Assembly: GCA_028023455.1 (NCBI GenBank)
Contig: JAQFVV010000007.1
Span: 7,502,001 to 7,566,000 of the forward strand
Reading direction: 5' to 3'
Length of the DNA: 64,000 bases
Source: Epiperipatus broadwayi
Lineage: Eukaryota; Animalia; Onychophora
The translations under genes were made by a program, and so were the position numbers. Below are positions 1 to 13,900 of this stretch, in pieces. A model generated the notes under the pieces. That model made no database searches. It was not told where the DNA came from and worked only from the letters and a program-made list of their open reading frames with translations. Each line of letters starts with the position of its first letter. The stretch's first letter is position 1.

Positions 1-984
1 AATAAGCAAAATAAAAATGCTAAATCTTTAAAAAAATGCATTTCAGAGTCAACGTAAAATTTTTTTTATACATAAAATGTTAAATACTTTTTGATTTAGA
101 TTTTAAAAATTAAAAAAATTCTCATCTTCTAAAGCAATCTTTATTAGAGATATATTGTGTGAACGCATATAAAATTTCCTTTCTTTAGTGTGAGACTAAA
201 TGCTCTCTTCCAAAGATTAATTTCAACAATCTATCAGATCTTTGTTGCTCAAAATCTTAATAATGCAATAACTTTTTTAAATATCCGTAAAAACTCTATT
301 ACTAATGAGCCATAAATGTAAAATGAATTGCTTCATTACTTAAAATCTGAATTATGAAGCTCTGACGAGCAAAACAACAACTTCCAACTTTTCTTTCATT
401 CTTAGCATGAAAAAAAAAGACTGATAACTACACCCCTCCCTCTCTGACTTTAACTTCAGCACTGAGATGAAGCACTCTAGTGTCACAGCTGAACTACAGT
501 AAGACATTTCCTGAAAGTGAAACAGGAAACTAGACCAGAGTTCTGAGTCCAGCGACTAACAAAAAGCATTAGGCAGGAGCTGCCTCAGGAAATAACAAAT
601 CAGATCAGAACTAATCAACCAATCAGGTAGCTTTATTCAAAATTCCTCAACATAAATTCTTTACCAAATGATTTTAAATCAAACTATCTATTTATTTATT
701 CTATACAGAAAAGTTTCATCAATCATATTGTTCTGAAAAAAAAAAAATGTAAATTTCTTTACCAATTAAAAAATTTCATTTTAATTAAATAAGTATATCT
801 TTTTATATAAATGACCTTAGGGTTTACTTCATAAATTTATTAAAGCAATCAAAAACAAAAAAAAAAATATCATGGTCAAATATCTTTTTTTAATCATATA
901 ATTAATGATTAAAACTTAAATTCTATCACCATCTAGTATAAGCTTGAGTAATTAATAATTTACTAGGTGTTAATTTAAGTCTCC

Positions 985-1320
985 ATCTTCAGATCAGTTC
1001 CTGGATTTTCCCTTATCAATGAGACATCCTGGTATTCAAACTTGGAAGCAATGTCATTACACACCAACCAAATATCCTTAATCCTATTTTACTATTCAAG
1101 TGAAGAGCTGATTACTGACACATTATTACATGTAAATTCCTATCTTCAAATGAGTTGCTGATTTTGCCTTTGTCAATCAGATCTTGGAAATCACAGTTGG
1201 AAGCAATGCAGTTAAGCATCCAGAAACCACTGCCAATTCTCTTTCCAGTCAAAGATTTGAAATTCAAACTGATGCCACTAGGGGAGTTGCTCTTGTTAAA
1301 GGTACTCTGCAAGCTGAAGA
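985..1320 (-). mobile_element. Decayed L1/Tx1-clade LINE fragment (endonuclease C-terminus and linker)
   Basis: ORF 1112..1312(-) reads 'SGISLNFKSLTGKRIGSGFWMLNCIASNCDFQDLI'. This resembles the L1/Tx1 post-endonuclease pattern 'SDH..ISL.F...RG.GxWKLN..LL.D..F'. Stops interrupt it on both sides. Confidence 0.45.
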
Positions 1321-2519
1321 ACTATTTTTTTTTTGTTTTTATTGAATAATGTTTCTGATATTTCTTAAAGCTTTACATTAAATAAAAACTAATGTAAGTA
1401 CTTTAATAAGTCTATAATGATTAATGTTACAATATCAAAATGAAGCAAAGTGTCCTTATGTTTGCTGGCCTTTCATAATAACCTATGTGAGATTATTTTA
1501 AGCTGTTAACAGTTTGTGTTTTTTCTGAATTTTATAGAATATAATATATGATAAAATTTTTCTATTATTATTAATTGTATATTTCCCTCTTAAATACTTG
1601 TAACTATATTGACTTTATTTTATTTTAGTCATGTGCTCTTTTTCTCAGTGACAGATAGAAAAAATAAATGTGTCTATAGTGTAAGGATAGTATGATTCAG
1701 TCTTTGTGGTTGGTTATGATATCAATATCATAATGAAAAAATAAGTAAACAAATTAATAATAAGGAGATGAAAGAAAGCAGATGTTTTCCTTTTAATATT
1801 CATAAACTTCCAAGTTATTTATTAGTAAAAGATAATGGATATCTTTATCAGTTGAATATATATCTTCCCCATAGAGTTAATTATCTAATATACATTGCAA
1901 TATCTTTTAGGATAGTAGTAGAAAATATTTCCAATTTTTTTAGTAATATTTTCCCTCAATTTTGTTTCACTTTTATTATTATTATTATTATTTTTCTTGT
2001 TTCTTTTACACTTCTAAGGTTGATATATATATTTACAATTGTTAAATTGGCAACAGTGATAATAAATATGAAGTAAATAAAAGAAATTATATGAATATTA
2101 CATTGGTAATAATGTCAACCACTGAAAGATTAAAATGTATAAAGGTAAATTTATTTATTTATCAAAAAAAAAATTGTGATTCACATATATTTGTTTATAA
2201 TTTTTGTGTGTATATTTTAAATCATTTATATTAATATTTATATTAATATTGTGTATATATAAATAATACAATGTAAATATTCAAAGAAAAAGTTTTAAAA
2301 AAAACCTTATCATTGATATACACATAAATCAACAATCAAAGATGAACTAGATATCTTGAAAGATTATAAACACAAAAAAAATTTGTTGGGAAATTAATGA
2401 TATAAGAAAAGAAAAGAGCATGCAAAGAGTGGGAGAAACTATAGTTACCTGTGACTACTTTTTTGGCATATGAAAGAATAGCAAATATTGCTCTTGCTAA
2501 TTTTTTCTATTCACCCAAA

Positions 2520-2940
2520 AATAAAGGAACTCTATTTGAACTAAACGTGGATCAAAGAATGCATGGGTAAAGAAAACTGACTAACTGAGGTCTTAATTCT
2601 TCTTGGACTACACTCCATAGCTTCTACCAAAAGAGGGTGGAATAATCATCAAACATGCACGTGAAAAGAGAAAAGGAAATTGTCTTAAGCAACCAGATAC
2701 CCCTACCCTGAGAAAGGAACCAAAATTGTGATGGGAGAAGCATTTCAAATAATTCCAAATACTTTCACCAGCATGATGTGGAGAAATATTTCAAAAATCA
2801 ATTTCATAATTTGCACATTCATTAAGAAAAGACTATCTGCAATGTTAATAGAATCAAGACAAGGTCAAACAGAAACTCTTCAAATAACTGTCTATTATAT
2901 TAAAAAAAAAGAAAGATATAAGAGAAGGTCAATCTAGGAC
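2520..2940 (+). mobile_element. Possible heavily decayed R4/Dong-like (restriction-like endonuclease) LINE 3' fragment
   Basis: Frame-shifted pieces 'VDQ..', 'WVKK', 'TEVLIL', 'PKL*WE' and 'LIE...KKKERYK' follow the order of R4-type C-terminal motifs. The match is weak and by eye only. Confidence 0.25.
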
Positions 2941-3659
2941 AATTAAAGTTATTGAAGTATATACACATCTGCTACCTTTGTCATTTCCCCCACCAGATAT
3001 TATTGTTATTTTTTATAATTATAATATGGGTGCATAATACTAACTTATAGAAATATGCATATAATATAAAATAAATGCATTCAATGAATTTTTGTCAGCA
3101 GTTGTGCTCATGTGAAAACTATTTTAAAAGGCTAAACATTTTGATGTGATTATCATCATTGAAATGTATGCATATATATATATATTTGTGGTGGATAACT
3201 TGTGCTATTCAGTAATCATGAAATACATTTGAAAAGTAAGTTTTCTATAATCATGTTTTATATCTTATTGTTATACCTATAAACAGACATCCCTGTAGTA
3301 TTTATAAGTGCTTATTATCTGAAGGTACTTATCAGAGCTATTATAACTTGGTGATAAAAGCCCTACTGGACCCTTAGAAATAAACTGTCAGACAAGTGAA
3401 GGGATCAGAGCTTTTGTCATATTTGAAAAATAAAAACGATTATTTTAAAAAGTCTGTATTAGAGCATCGCAAAAGAAGAAAATGTAATTCAGGACAACAC
3501 AGATCTGAAGAGAATTTTGATTTATTTTATTTTAATTGCAAAGTTAGTACAATTCTACCCTCCCAAAATTATATGATATTACAAAATGCTGCTGCTGCTT
3601 TTTTTTATTATTATCATCATGTTTCAAAGGAACTTTATTCATAAAGAAAACAAAAGGTT

Positions 3660-5030
3660 ACAATAGATTACAGAGTTTATACATTAAAATACTTTTTTTC
3701 GTTAATAGAAAAAACACAAAAAAATTATGTATTACAATGTTAAAAATAATGGTAACACACACACAAAAAAAAAAGCAACAAAAAATTGTATACAATGAAA
3801 AATTAAATCAAAAAACTGAAGGGAAAAACCTTACAATAGCAAAATATAAACTGAAAAAAATCTATTACAAATATGAATAGAAAAAAAATTCATTACCAGA
3901 GCATATAAAAATACATTATATTATTATTATAATGATAACAAAAAAAAAAATGAAACAAAAAAATTTTATACAAAGAAAAAATTGGATCAAATAAACCAAA
4001 GAAACAAATCTTACAATAACAAAAAAAAAAAAAACCACAAAAACTTATTACAAAGATGAATAGAAAAAAAAAAACTCTACCAGAGCATACAAATAAAAAA
4101 AACATTAGATTATTCTTTGAGGGCAATATACCATGTTGCAGATTTGAGGTGAGTCGCATTTGAGACCATGTGTCAATATATGTTTGTGATTCTGTTATTT
4201 TTTTATCTCTTTGTTGGATTTGTATTAATTTATTTTTTATTGTGTTTTGATGTCTTCTGGTATTTGTGTTTATACTAAAATCACATTTTGTGCACCAGAA
4301 GGCATATAGGACAAATGTACTAGCCATAATACTGGAAAATATACTTCTTTCATATGCTTGTAGCAAATATCTGATTGTTGTATTTTCCTGTGTTGTGATA
4401 TTGCAGATCATTTTGAAAGTGTTTTCAAGTCCATGACAAGTGAATAGGAAGTGATTTATTGTTTCTGATTCTCAATGACAGATGGAACATATGTCATCTA
4501 TGTTATGGTAATATCTTTTATATTTTAAAAAAATTTAATATCGGAAGTGCTTCCAGATTTATTTTAATCAGGAAGTCAAAATATTTTGGTTCTAATGACC
4601 AATGTTTATATCTTTTAGTTAATTGCTTATTATTAATTGCCAATAGTGTTTCTGCTGTGTTTTGTATGCCTGGATAGATAAACTTAAATGTTTGCCAGTA
4701 TTTATATTTAATACCATCTGTTTGTATAGGATGTATATCTGCATTCATTAGTGGTTTCAAAAGTGCTTTCCAATAACCTTTGTATGGTGGTGGTGTGTCT
4801 GTTGGTGTCACTTTTATTGTATGTGATATAATTGGATATATTTTATTACAAGTTGCTATCATGTTTATAGTTTTCTGTATATGGAAAATGTGTAAATTGT
4901 GTAAACCAAGTCCATTCAATGACAATGGCAGTTGTAGTTTTTTGATGGAAACAGATATTGTTTTTTGTTCTAGTTTTAACCATAGCACACCAACACTAAA
5001 TAGACAAAATAGTGATTAAAACCCACAGCA
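3660..5030 (-). mobile_element. L1/Tx1-clade LINE 3' portion (post-RT region, degenerate C-terminal zinc region, T-rich repetitive 3' tail)
   Basis: ORF 4518..4988(-) 'KLQLPLSLNGLGLHNL' matches the L1/Tx1 'L.LP...GGLGLPNL' motif. ORF 3893..4411(-) continues it. The tail carries an imperfect duplicate (3864-3905 and 4047-4089). Confidence 0.65.
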
Positions 5031-6501
5031 TGGCAACACCATCACAGTACACCATAACATCATACAATTGAGATTATAAGAATTAAATATGGTAAGGATT
5101 AGTGATAACATTCAGTTGATTCTCATGAGTTTGAAAAAAATGTTTTCTAAAAAAGTTTATAGTTTGAAGACCAGCTATTAAAATGCTACTTATTAATGGT
5201 ATTTATTTGGTTGTTTCACAAAACTATTTTTACAAGTTAGTTCGTGCAGAGATCATAAATTGCCCAACACAAATAAATGCTAAAATAATGATGTACATGC
5301 TACTGACAGTTTGAATTTATTTAGGATTACTGTATAAATAAAATTAATGTGGAAGTACAGAAGACTTCCAGCAAGCTATATATAAATTAATCATCAGTAA
5401 TTGTAGGTATAGAATAAGCCTCTGCTATATTTTACATTTACTGACAGTTAGCATGTACATTTCACTGGGGGTTTTCAGTTCTTCAATATCAATTTTATCT
5501 ATTGTCAAGCTATTAAAAAGTTATATTTAAATAACTGTATAAATAAATATTATATTCTTTATGAAATGTGTTTTTTATTTCCAAAAGTTCATTATTGTAA
5601 CCATACATTCATGATTATTTTCAATAAAATAAAGGAAATTTATATTCCGATTACACATTAGTTTTATAAGTACAAGTTTTGTCTATGAATGTTTATGATA
5701 TAAAAAAAAGTTTACAATACGAGAGTGTGACATCTGGATCAATGACACATACAGGGCTAAATTTTATTTATAATTTGGAAAATGTTAATCAGCACATAAT
5801 GACCACTAGAATCTAATACAATCAAACTCAATCTTATTCTAATTGACATTTGCATGTGTGGTACCCTTCATCTCAATTATTTTACCATAAACACTGGCGG
5901 CAAAGGATCTTATGTACATCATATATTTTTACTTGGAAATTTTATCAATACCTAATAAATTATGTATGCACTCTTGATATTATAAAATAATATATTTCTG
6001 TTATCATTTTTGCAGTATCCCTCAAAGTTAAAGTGATAAAAAGGCAGCACTGTTTGTAGCATACAAAGCCAATTATTAAATGATTTGCATCCCCATTCCT
6101 CATGACACACTTAGTCTATTTTAAAAATACAATGTAATAGCACCCGACTAAGCAGTTAAAGCCACTAGTATGCATCTACAGAGTATTCTATATATGTAAT
6201 AATATAATTGAAGGATGATCTATGGCTTATGTTTATACCATAGAATGAATGTACTATCACAGATAATTCAAGAAGAGAATTCTTACATATAATAGTGATA
6301 TCTAACATTCAACTCCAGAAATTACAATATAAGTAATAATTAAAATCAATGGATTTCTGAGGATATGTAATATACAGCATCAGTGACTCTCTCCTTACAG
6401 TAGTGACACTTAGTGCAAGACATAGTAATCAATGGTTACTAGAATGTTTATACAACAAAATCCCTATCTAGTGTCTGCTCATCCATTATCTCCTGCCCCT
6501 C

Positions 6502-6543
6502 CCCCAAGAATAGTTTCTAACTTGTAATGTTCATCAGTGAGGA
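6502..6543 (-). ncRNA. Type I hammerhead ribozyme relic, family 1
   Basis: The reverse complement reads tcctca-CTGATGA-acattacaagtta-GAAAC-TA-TTC-ttgggg. The CUGAUGA and GAAAC cores are intact, while stems II and III are mutated. Confidence 0.7.
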
Positions 6544-7144
6544 GACTTGTATCTGAAAGCACTGCACCTAGATCTTTGGATTTAACACAATTCTCCAGCT
6601 GCCACATTTTACCTTTTTAATTAACTATAAATCTAGGAGTTCTAAATGAAAAAAACTAACAATGTTCTCAATCCAAGCTCATTCTGTTGTATAGTCATAA
6701 AGATATGAATCCAATTCAGTATTTATATATTTTGGTATCTTTGGTTTTTTAATAATGTTAGTCACCATCTTTCTTTGAGCAGGATTGATTATTATGACAG
6801 GCACTAGGTGGCACTATACTGTAAGGAGACCTGCTATTATTTTAACAGCTTGTGTAAGCAGAAGAAATGGTGAACATATAATGCTTTAGTGGTTTAACAC
6901 CAATCCTGACTCAAAGGATGGCAGTGACTGTAGATATTGAAAAACCAAAAATATCAAAATCTATGGATACTGAACTGGTTTAGATCCATCTGACTAAACA
7001 AGCAAATGAGCTGGGATTGAAAACATTATTATATTTTCATTTTAGACTCATAGCTTTATTAGTTAACTAAAAAGATAAAGAATGGTTCTTGGAGGATTGC
7101 ACTGAATCCAAAAATCTAGATGTAGTGCTCTCAGTTCTAAGAGT

Positions 7145-7184
7145 CCCTATTGATAAAATCAAACTAGAAACATTGTCTGGGATA
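7145..7184 (+). ncRNA. Strongly decayed hammerhead relic, family 1
   Basis: ccta-TTGATAA-aatcaaacta-GAAAC-att-GTC-tgggat lies at the position homologous to the intact HHR. Confidence 0.5.
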
Positions 7185-8666
7185 TTGAAATGAGTAGACA
7201 ATAAGCAAGGATTTGGATGGCAAACCTCCTAGCATCCATTGATTACTATGGCCTGCACTGGCTGGCAATGCTATAAGAAGAGAGTTACAACTGTTTTAAT
7301 AATTTTATGAAGACATAAAAAACAGTGAACATGTGATGTTTTGTAATATAGTAACTACCTCATTTTTTAAAAAGAGATTATTAAGACATTTAGTCCAGAT
7401 TCACATTTTAAGTTCTAAATCTTGTTTAATTAATTCATTAATAGCCTAAGATAACTGCCATTCTCATTATTAATGTTATTATCTGCAGTAATGAAAAATT
7501 GACTTATTTACAAGCTACTATTGAAGCAAATTGATAGAACGTGATTATGATTCATCTCTGAGTAGTTTAGAAAAGTGATAAAAAGACAAAATTAAAAGAT
7601 AATTGTCCATGAATTTCAACTTATCATGATCCCTGAGCAACATTGATGGACTATTCTATCAATGCTCTCAAAATTTTATCATTTCAATATTTATATATTG
7701 CAAAAAAATATTTATTTTATTATTTAATGATTTTTTTTTTTGAAAGCCAAACTAAAAACAAAATATCATATAAACAAAATATCATAGAGAAATCTATAGA
7801 TTCCAACAAAAAATTGAACCATTAGTGATTTTATTAAATTCTTCAAATGTGCCATTGTAATGATACAATTAACTGTCATTAATTATGTGGTACTGTCATT
7901 AATTATGTGGTACATAGTTCATGGCTGTCCAGATCTACATAGGCCCATAGCTGTTATGTATAAAGCATTATAAATTATCTCTCAGTCAGCCATTTTATTA
8001 TGCATTCAACCACATGAGTACTTCCTCTCAATTTATTATTTCTCTATCTTTCTTAACAGCTGCAATATTTTACCTTTTCATTAACTACTTTTGTTGAAGT
8101 TTTAGTGTGCATAATATTTAAATTAAATTGTATCATAGTATGTATACATGTAGAGTTCATTGTTATTTTAAGCATCTTTATAGAATCTTGGGCCTAAATT
8201 ACACGTGGACCTGTTGTATTCTTAAAATGGTGGACATTTGTTTTTTTACAGGTATTCAATCCATAGAAAATCCATGAGGACACATTGATCAGTGGATATA
8301 TGTCTAGATATTCTTGGGCAGGGTGTAAATAAAAAAAAACAAACTAAAATCTTAAATAAAAAAGGTAATCAAATGGTTTCATAGTTCAGAAGTTCATAAG
8401 AAGCTTGAAAATCAAAAGTTGTAGACTGGGCCATGAACAAAGACCTTAAATTCTAGAGTCCACAATTTTACTACTGCACAAAAAATATTTGCAACTGTAT
8501 AAATCTGAATGAGCAGCAATATAACAAACTGACGTATTTTTTTTTTGATAGTCCTCTAAAGAAAAATACCGAAGGAATCTCTTCTCCTTCACATTAGATT
8601 TATTAAAAGTTTCTTTATTTACATATGATATAAAAAAATTCCAATGGCTTTATTACCCAAAGTTTG

Positions 8667-8742
8667 AGTACCATATTTGTGAGCACCAGAATCAATCCTG
8701 GGATCTCCCAATAACAAATTACATGCTCTACCATCTGCATCA
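8667..8742 (-). mobile_element. tRNA-like SINE head relic
   Basis: The reverse complement 'tgatgcagatggtagagcatg...cccaggattgattctgg' shows degenerate A-box and B-box spacing. It is not a foldable tRNA. Confidence 0.3.
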
Positions 8743-8911
8743 ATTCACAGAAAGTGTGTCATGATATCATTTGGTTTGTAATTATATTTCAAGCAATCTC
8801 TCTAGAAACACTTAAATTTTATTTAAACCTTTCAAAACATTCAACTGTTAGTAATAACACCCTGATTAAAGTAAAACACAACATTTTGACTGGCATTGTT
8901 CTTCTATCCTC

Positions 8912-9110
8912 TTCAGGTGTTGCTGGCCTGATCAGTGACTGTATTAGCATGAGAAGTGAATCTAGAATCTTTAGATTTTAGTATGACATCATTCTTAAAG
9001 AGTTGTCCAGTTAGTTAGAGTGCCATCTTAAATATAGAATGCATAAATCTAAAGTCCCAGATTTGATAGACATGTTAGTACAGTCACTGATCAAGCCTGG
9101 AATACCTGAA
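8912..9110. repeat. Inverted repeat with ~40-bp arms (8912-8951 and 9071-9110)
   Basis: 'ttcaggtgttgctggcctgatcagtgactgtattagcatg' pairs with 'catgttagtacagtcactgatcaagcctggaatacctgaa'. Confidence 0.75.
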
Positions 9111-10883
9111 AAACAAATAAAAATAATATCATTCAAACTACTATGCTATATACTAACCTGCATACTATTAATAACAGTTGATATTTGAAAAATTTAAATA
9201 AAGTTAAATTTTTCAAATGATATTTAATAATTTATTCTAGATGATGGAAACAGTCTAACATACAATCACATATCATTCAAAAGTCATAAGTTCACTTTTA
9301 AAAAAATCAATGTGTTTCAAAAATGCAAATCATCTTTTAAAAATATACATTTTAATCTAACAATAAGAACGAATATTTTTAACATTATAATTCATCTTCC
9401 ATATTCGCAGTTTAGCTTATAATGAAAGAGATCATTGATGTAAACAAACGTGCGTCAATACTATAGAAATTTTATCTTATTTCGGTAAATATTAAATTAT
9501 ATGAAGTCACTCTATAATATGTGAAAAAATAAATTATTCTAAACTGTCGGTTTCTTTAAACTAGAACAACATTGCCTTGACATAATCAAAAATGACAGAG
9601 AAGACAATGATATTAAGCTAGCGGATACCAAACTAAAATTAACATTGACATTTATGACCATATTTTATTTACATAATTTTTAAAAAGACGGCTATTGGTT
9701 GTGATATTTTAATACAAATATAACAAATTCTAGTAACACTCAAATTATTAAAGAATGACAGGTTTATTAAAAATAAGTTTTTTCATAAATAAAACAACGT
9801 AAGCATTAAACAAAGGTAATCACGATGAATTCAAAGTTACATAACCGAACAGTTTATTGCAGGAGGAATTCATAAATATAAAAGTAATAGGGCTGGGCTT
9901 CAATCCATGGATTATCAATGCAATAAACTATACAGGGTGATCCAAAACTAAATGCATAATTGATGCATTTTCTAAATACAACTTGATTAAATCACACACA
10001 TTCCTATGGCAAATTCTTGCATATAAGCTCAGATGTAAAAAAAAATAATGAATTTTTAAATAGGTATTATAAGAAAAATACTTTCCAAGAAATCTTTCTT
10101 ACTAAGAAGAAAGGGAAAGCATTTAACACCTGGCTTGCCAAATTTCAAGATAGAAAGAGGTTTGTTTTTAATTTCTATTTAAGTCTCTAGCAATAAAACT
10201 TGGATGACTAGATAGTTGACCAGGGCCAGACACTAGAATAATAAATAGTAAGTCTGAATGGAAGTTTTAAAAAATAGATGAAGTTGTCTGCCCAGGATTT
10301 GAATTTAAAATTAACATAACAGATGGCTGTGCTCATCATTCATCATGAGGATTTTCTTTTATATATATATAAAATTGTTATATTAATTCTTATTTCACTC
10401 CAAAGGTGGTGTCTTGTTATATATCATTAAGGGCTTGATATATGTAATAAAGTTAATGATAAATTAGAGCATTGAAATTGGAATTCTCTGAATTAAAATG
10501 CAAAATATATCTCCAAAGTTCAATGTAGAGAATCCTGATTTAAAAGATCTGATTTCTCACTAAATTATATACATATAATTCAAATGGAAATAAACTAACT
10601 CCTCCTCTCCCATAAACTATAGTGAAATACCCAAACATCAACTAATGATAAAGAATAGAATGATTTTTTTTCATTCAGTGACATATGAGTGTTATTCATC
10701 CATAGCTTACAAGAGTAATTAATATCCTTTAATAAAGTAACAATGTCGTTGATACTTTGGTACTCAAAAATAGCTGAAAGTTACTGGATCAATTCTTACT
10801 TAAATTTGTTAAAAATCTACCCAGTTTTAATTGAATAACAAAAATAAATGGTAGTTTACAACTTATAAGTTCATAAAAAGTTT

Positions 10884-10965
10884 GAATACCAGAGGGGGGG
10901 ACTGTGATCCACAGGTCTTGACCTTCAGAATCTGCCATTCTAGAACTGCACCAACCATTCAGGCA
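10884..10965 (-). mobile_element. tRNA-derived SINE head relic, similar to 41815-41897
   Basis: Shares 'ctgtgatcca...tgaac/gacctt..cagaat...accaaccatt.aggca' with 41815-41897. Degenerate A/B boxes lie on the minus strand. Confidence 0.4.
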
Positions 10966-13900
10966 GCTAATTGAATGACTATGTTATGTTCAACCTACTA
11001 CTGTAACCTTTGAACATCATATGACTTTCAGATCTTTTCCCCTAAAAATATTATTTTTATAATGTGAACTTCTTCGTTAAATAACATAGTTTTAAAATAT
11101 TAATGAAGATCAAAGATTTTGCTTCATTTCATATGACTTATATAGAAATTGCATGTAATGTTGGAAGTATTCCCTTCATATGAATACATCATATAATTAT
11201 ATGCTACAGTAACATTTAAATTCAAATATGGTAGGACAAGTTGTTTCACCTCATTTAATCAAGTTAATACATTTTTATTTTCTTAAATCTGGAATTAAAC
11301 TGAAAACTTTTGCATTTTATACACTGGGGAAACATATTAATAATAATAACTTACTACACATGATTGCATTCCTCTCCTTCCAACTAGCTCTCATCTAAAA
11401 ATCAAAATGATCAACAAATTAATTGAATCTGTTTCTACACATTAATGATTTTTAAAATAGGGTACTATTATTAATAGTAGACTAGTCTTTTTATTTAGCA
11501 TATATGTTTACTTAAACATATATTTGAATGTTCACCAATCTTTACAACTGATATAAAACAACTCATCACTTTGACTCTCCTATATTCCTCAAATATATAT
11601 ATATATTTATGTGTAATTTTTTTTTAATCTTCACTGATAATGAATTTTTGCATGTATAGATGACAACGTTTATATTACTTGCCTATTCATATACATTATT
11701 CATGTCTAACCATACCAGCCTTGTCTCTGTATTGTACAATAAGCACACATTAATTACATTTCACTACATATTCTTAAAACATGTATAGTATTATATGAAA
11801 AATATAAAAAATCCCTAAGAAGCATTTCATCCTGTAGCAGCGCTCTTCAGACTGCCCAGATCATTATCTTTTACACACTCTCTGCTATTTATTCAGAATT
11901 TATTAATATTAAATTACTACACTAGGATTTATAAATGATAGTCTTTTTCTACTCACAACTTTAACAGCAATCAATATAACAAAAACAATCAAAATTAATT
12001 TACATTTTTAATTTGAACTTCTTAATAATATAAGCTCATTGAAGATGATACCAGACCAACTTGTCTCACTACACTGATATTTCTTGCAAAATCTCAAATC
12101 CATCAGACAAGCAATAGTATTTAATTTATTGACAGCTTACAATATTATGAACTTCAAATCAAGAACACTATGAACTAACTGAATCATTATGATGCTTTGC
12201 AGTTAAAATGGTTGTTTACTTCAGAGATGGTGTGATAGTTGGCCTGCTTAAAACACCTTTCTACAGTTATCTGTTATATTTTTTGTAGCTTTTCTTAAAA
12301 CATTAAGTATATTAATTTATTAATTTAAAAAAAGTTTAAAGAGATTAATGTATTCTAAATAGTCAGTAAAAATTAAAGTGTATTTAGTTTAGACTCCACA
12401 TGTTTAATCTTGCCTCCAAGACTTTAATGGATTGGATTCCTTAAAATCTAGCTAGCTTCAACAGCATTTGTGAGATTATTTCAAGAAAACCATTGGAATA
12501 ATAAAAGGTACGAGTTTTTGCTTTGTTTACTAAATATTTTTGATTATTTTTATACAATAATACTATGATAATTATTTTAAACCAAAAAAAATATGTTTAT
12601 ACACTTTGATTTTATTTGTATATATTTTTATTTTTAAAAATAGAAGGTAATAAATTTTCCAATAATGTTAACAAAAAAAATTATGTCCAGTTTGTTAACA
12701 ATGCCTTGAGTCACTGTTGACATAATGCTATTATCAACATTGTGTTTGCATCTTTTGAGATATTTTAAAAATTATAATGCAATTTTAATATTTTAAAGCA
12801 TAATTTTATACATTTATCAGAAATCAACATCTATTTCCTTTTGCTTTAAAATTGCATTTCAATCAAAGAAGCTTTCATTGGCTTTTTGAAATTGCTCACT
12901 TAATGACACTTTTCATGCCTATTGTTAAATGTCAAAAATGCCCTTTGTTCTCATTGCAAATTCATTTTTTCAATATTTGCAAAATTCAAATGTGATTTTT
13001 TTTAGAATTTTCTCATTTATAAACTTACATTTCTAAAAAATGTTTATACACTGAAATCAATGGTTGAACATCGATGAAAGCTGTTACCAGGGCTAGAAAT
13101 ACAACATGTCAACCTGTTAGAAGATATGCATAATGCTAAATTGAAAATTAACAACTCCAACATTTAAATAATCCAGTTATTAAATTGTCTGGTAACTAAT
13201 CTGCAAACTAAGATATCATATCTATATATATAAAATCAACTTTCTCTGTTCAATTGCTTTATGAACTAAATGCTAATATTTGAGCCTATGAACCAATAAG
13301 AAAGATTAAATGATTGTGATGCAGTTTTTTAAATATGAAATATTAAGGCAGAGGTGGAAAAAAATATAATGTCCTAAGCAAAAAATTAATGTTAATTAAT
13401 AACTTACTATAACCCAAACAGGCATTATATTAAAACTGAAAATATTATAACTTAGTAACTCCTAATAATATGTATACAATCCAGTCTCAAAAACTTGGTT
13501 TCAAACTGAGTCTTCATGGTAAAAGAACCAGCAACTCATTCACAGAATATATATTAATTTTCAGCAGACTACACATAAACTCTTTATTTACAAATATCAA
13601 AGCAAGGAGTAATTAGATTTTAAAACGGGAAATAGTCAAGGCGAGCTTTAACTTAAATATTTTAATATTATGACTAAAATATATAGAAACTGATCTGATG
13701 CCAGATTTATGTAACGATGCAAGAAAATGAAATCTGGGTTTAAAACCTTACAGCTTTTTAATTTATATTAATTAAAATGGTATAAACGGGTAAAAGGTAG
13801 CTTAAGGATGTAGATTTCATTCCAACTTTGAATCCTAGTCTTTACTGATGAAAGTAACCGCCAGAATGTTGGAAATGGCAATTTGTAACATTATGCCATC

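Larger units (their letters stand above)
6387..7345. mobile_element. HHR-repeat family 1, locus A: minus copy (~6387-6788) head-to-head with plus copy (~6790-7345)
   Basis: Both halves align by eye with the 49403-49917 unit (e.g. 'tttagtggtttaacaccaatcctg', 'ggaggattgca', 'gtggcacta..ctgta'). Each carries a decayed HHR. Confidence 0.85.

Noticed and set aside
1768-2076. 102-aa hydrophobic ORF, and similar F/I/L-rich short ORFs across the window
   Set aside because: Such ORFs are expected by chance in very AT-rich DNA, and they show no motifs or splice support.
7865-7915. Short direct duplications (also ~25452-25492)
   Set aside because: These are simple ~21-bp tandem duplications with no spacers, so they are not CRISPR-like.
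9095-9120. Minus-strand splice acceptor (tttttcag) suggesting a host exon
   Set aside because: No convincing reading frame or donor follows, and it coincides with the end of an inverted repeat.
9931-9960. TACAGGGTG Tc1/mariner-like terminus (also a piggyBac-like GGGTTAA near 44437)
   Set aside because: No matching second end or transposase relic could be identified.
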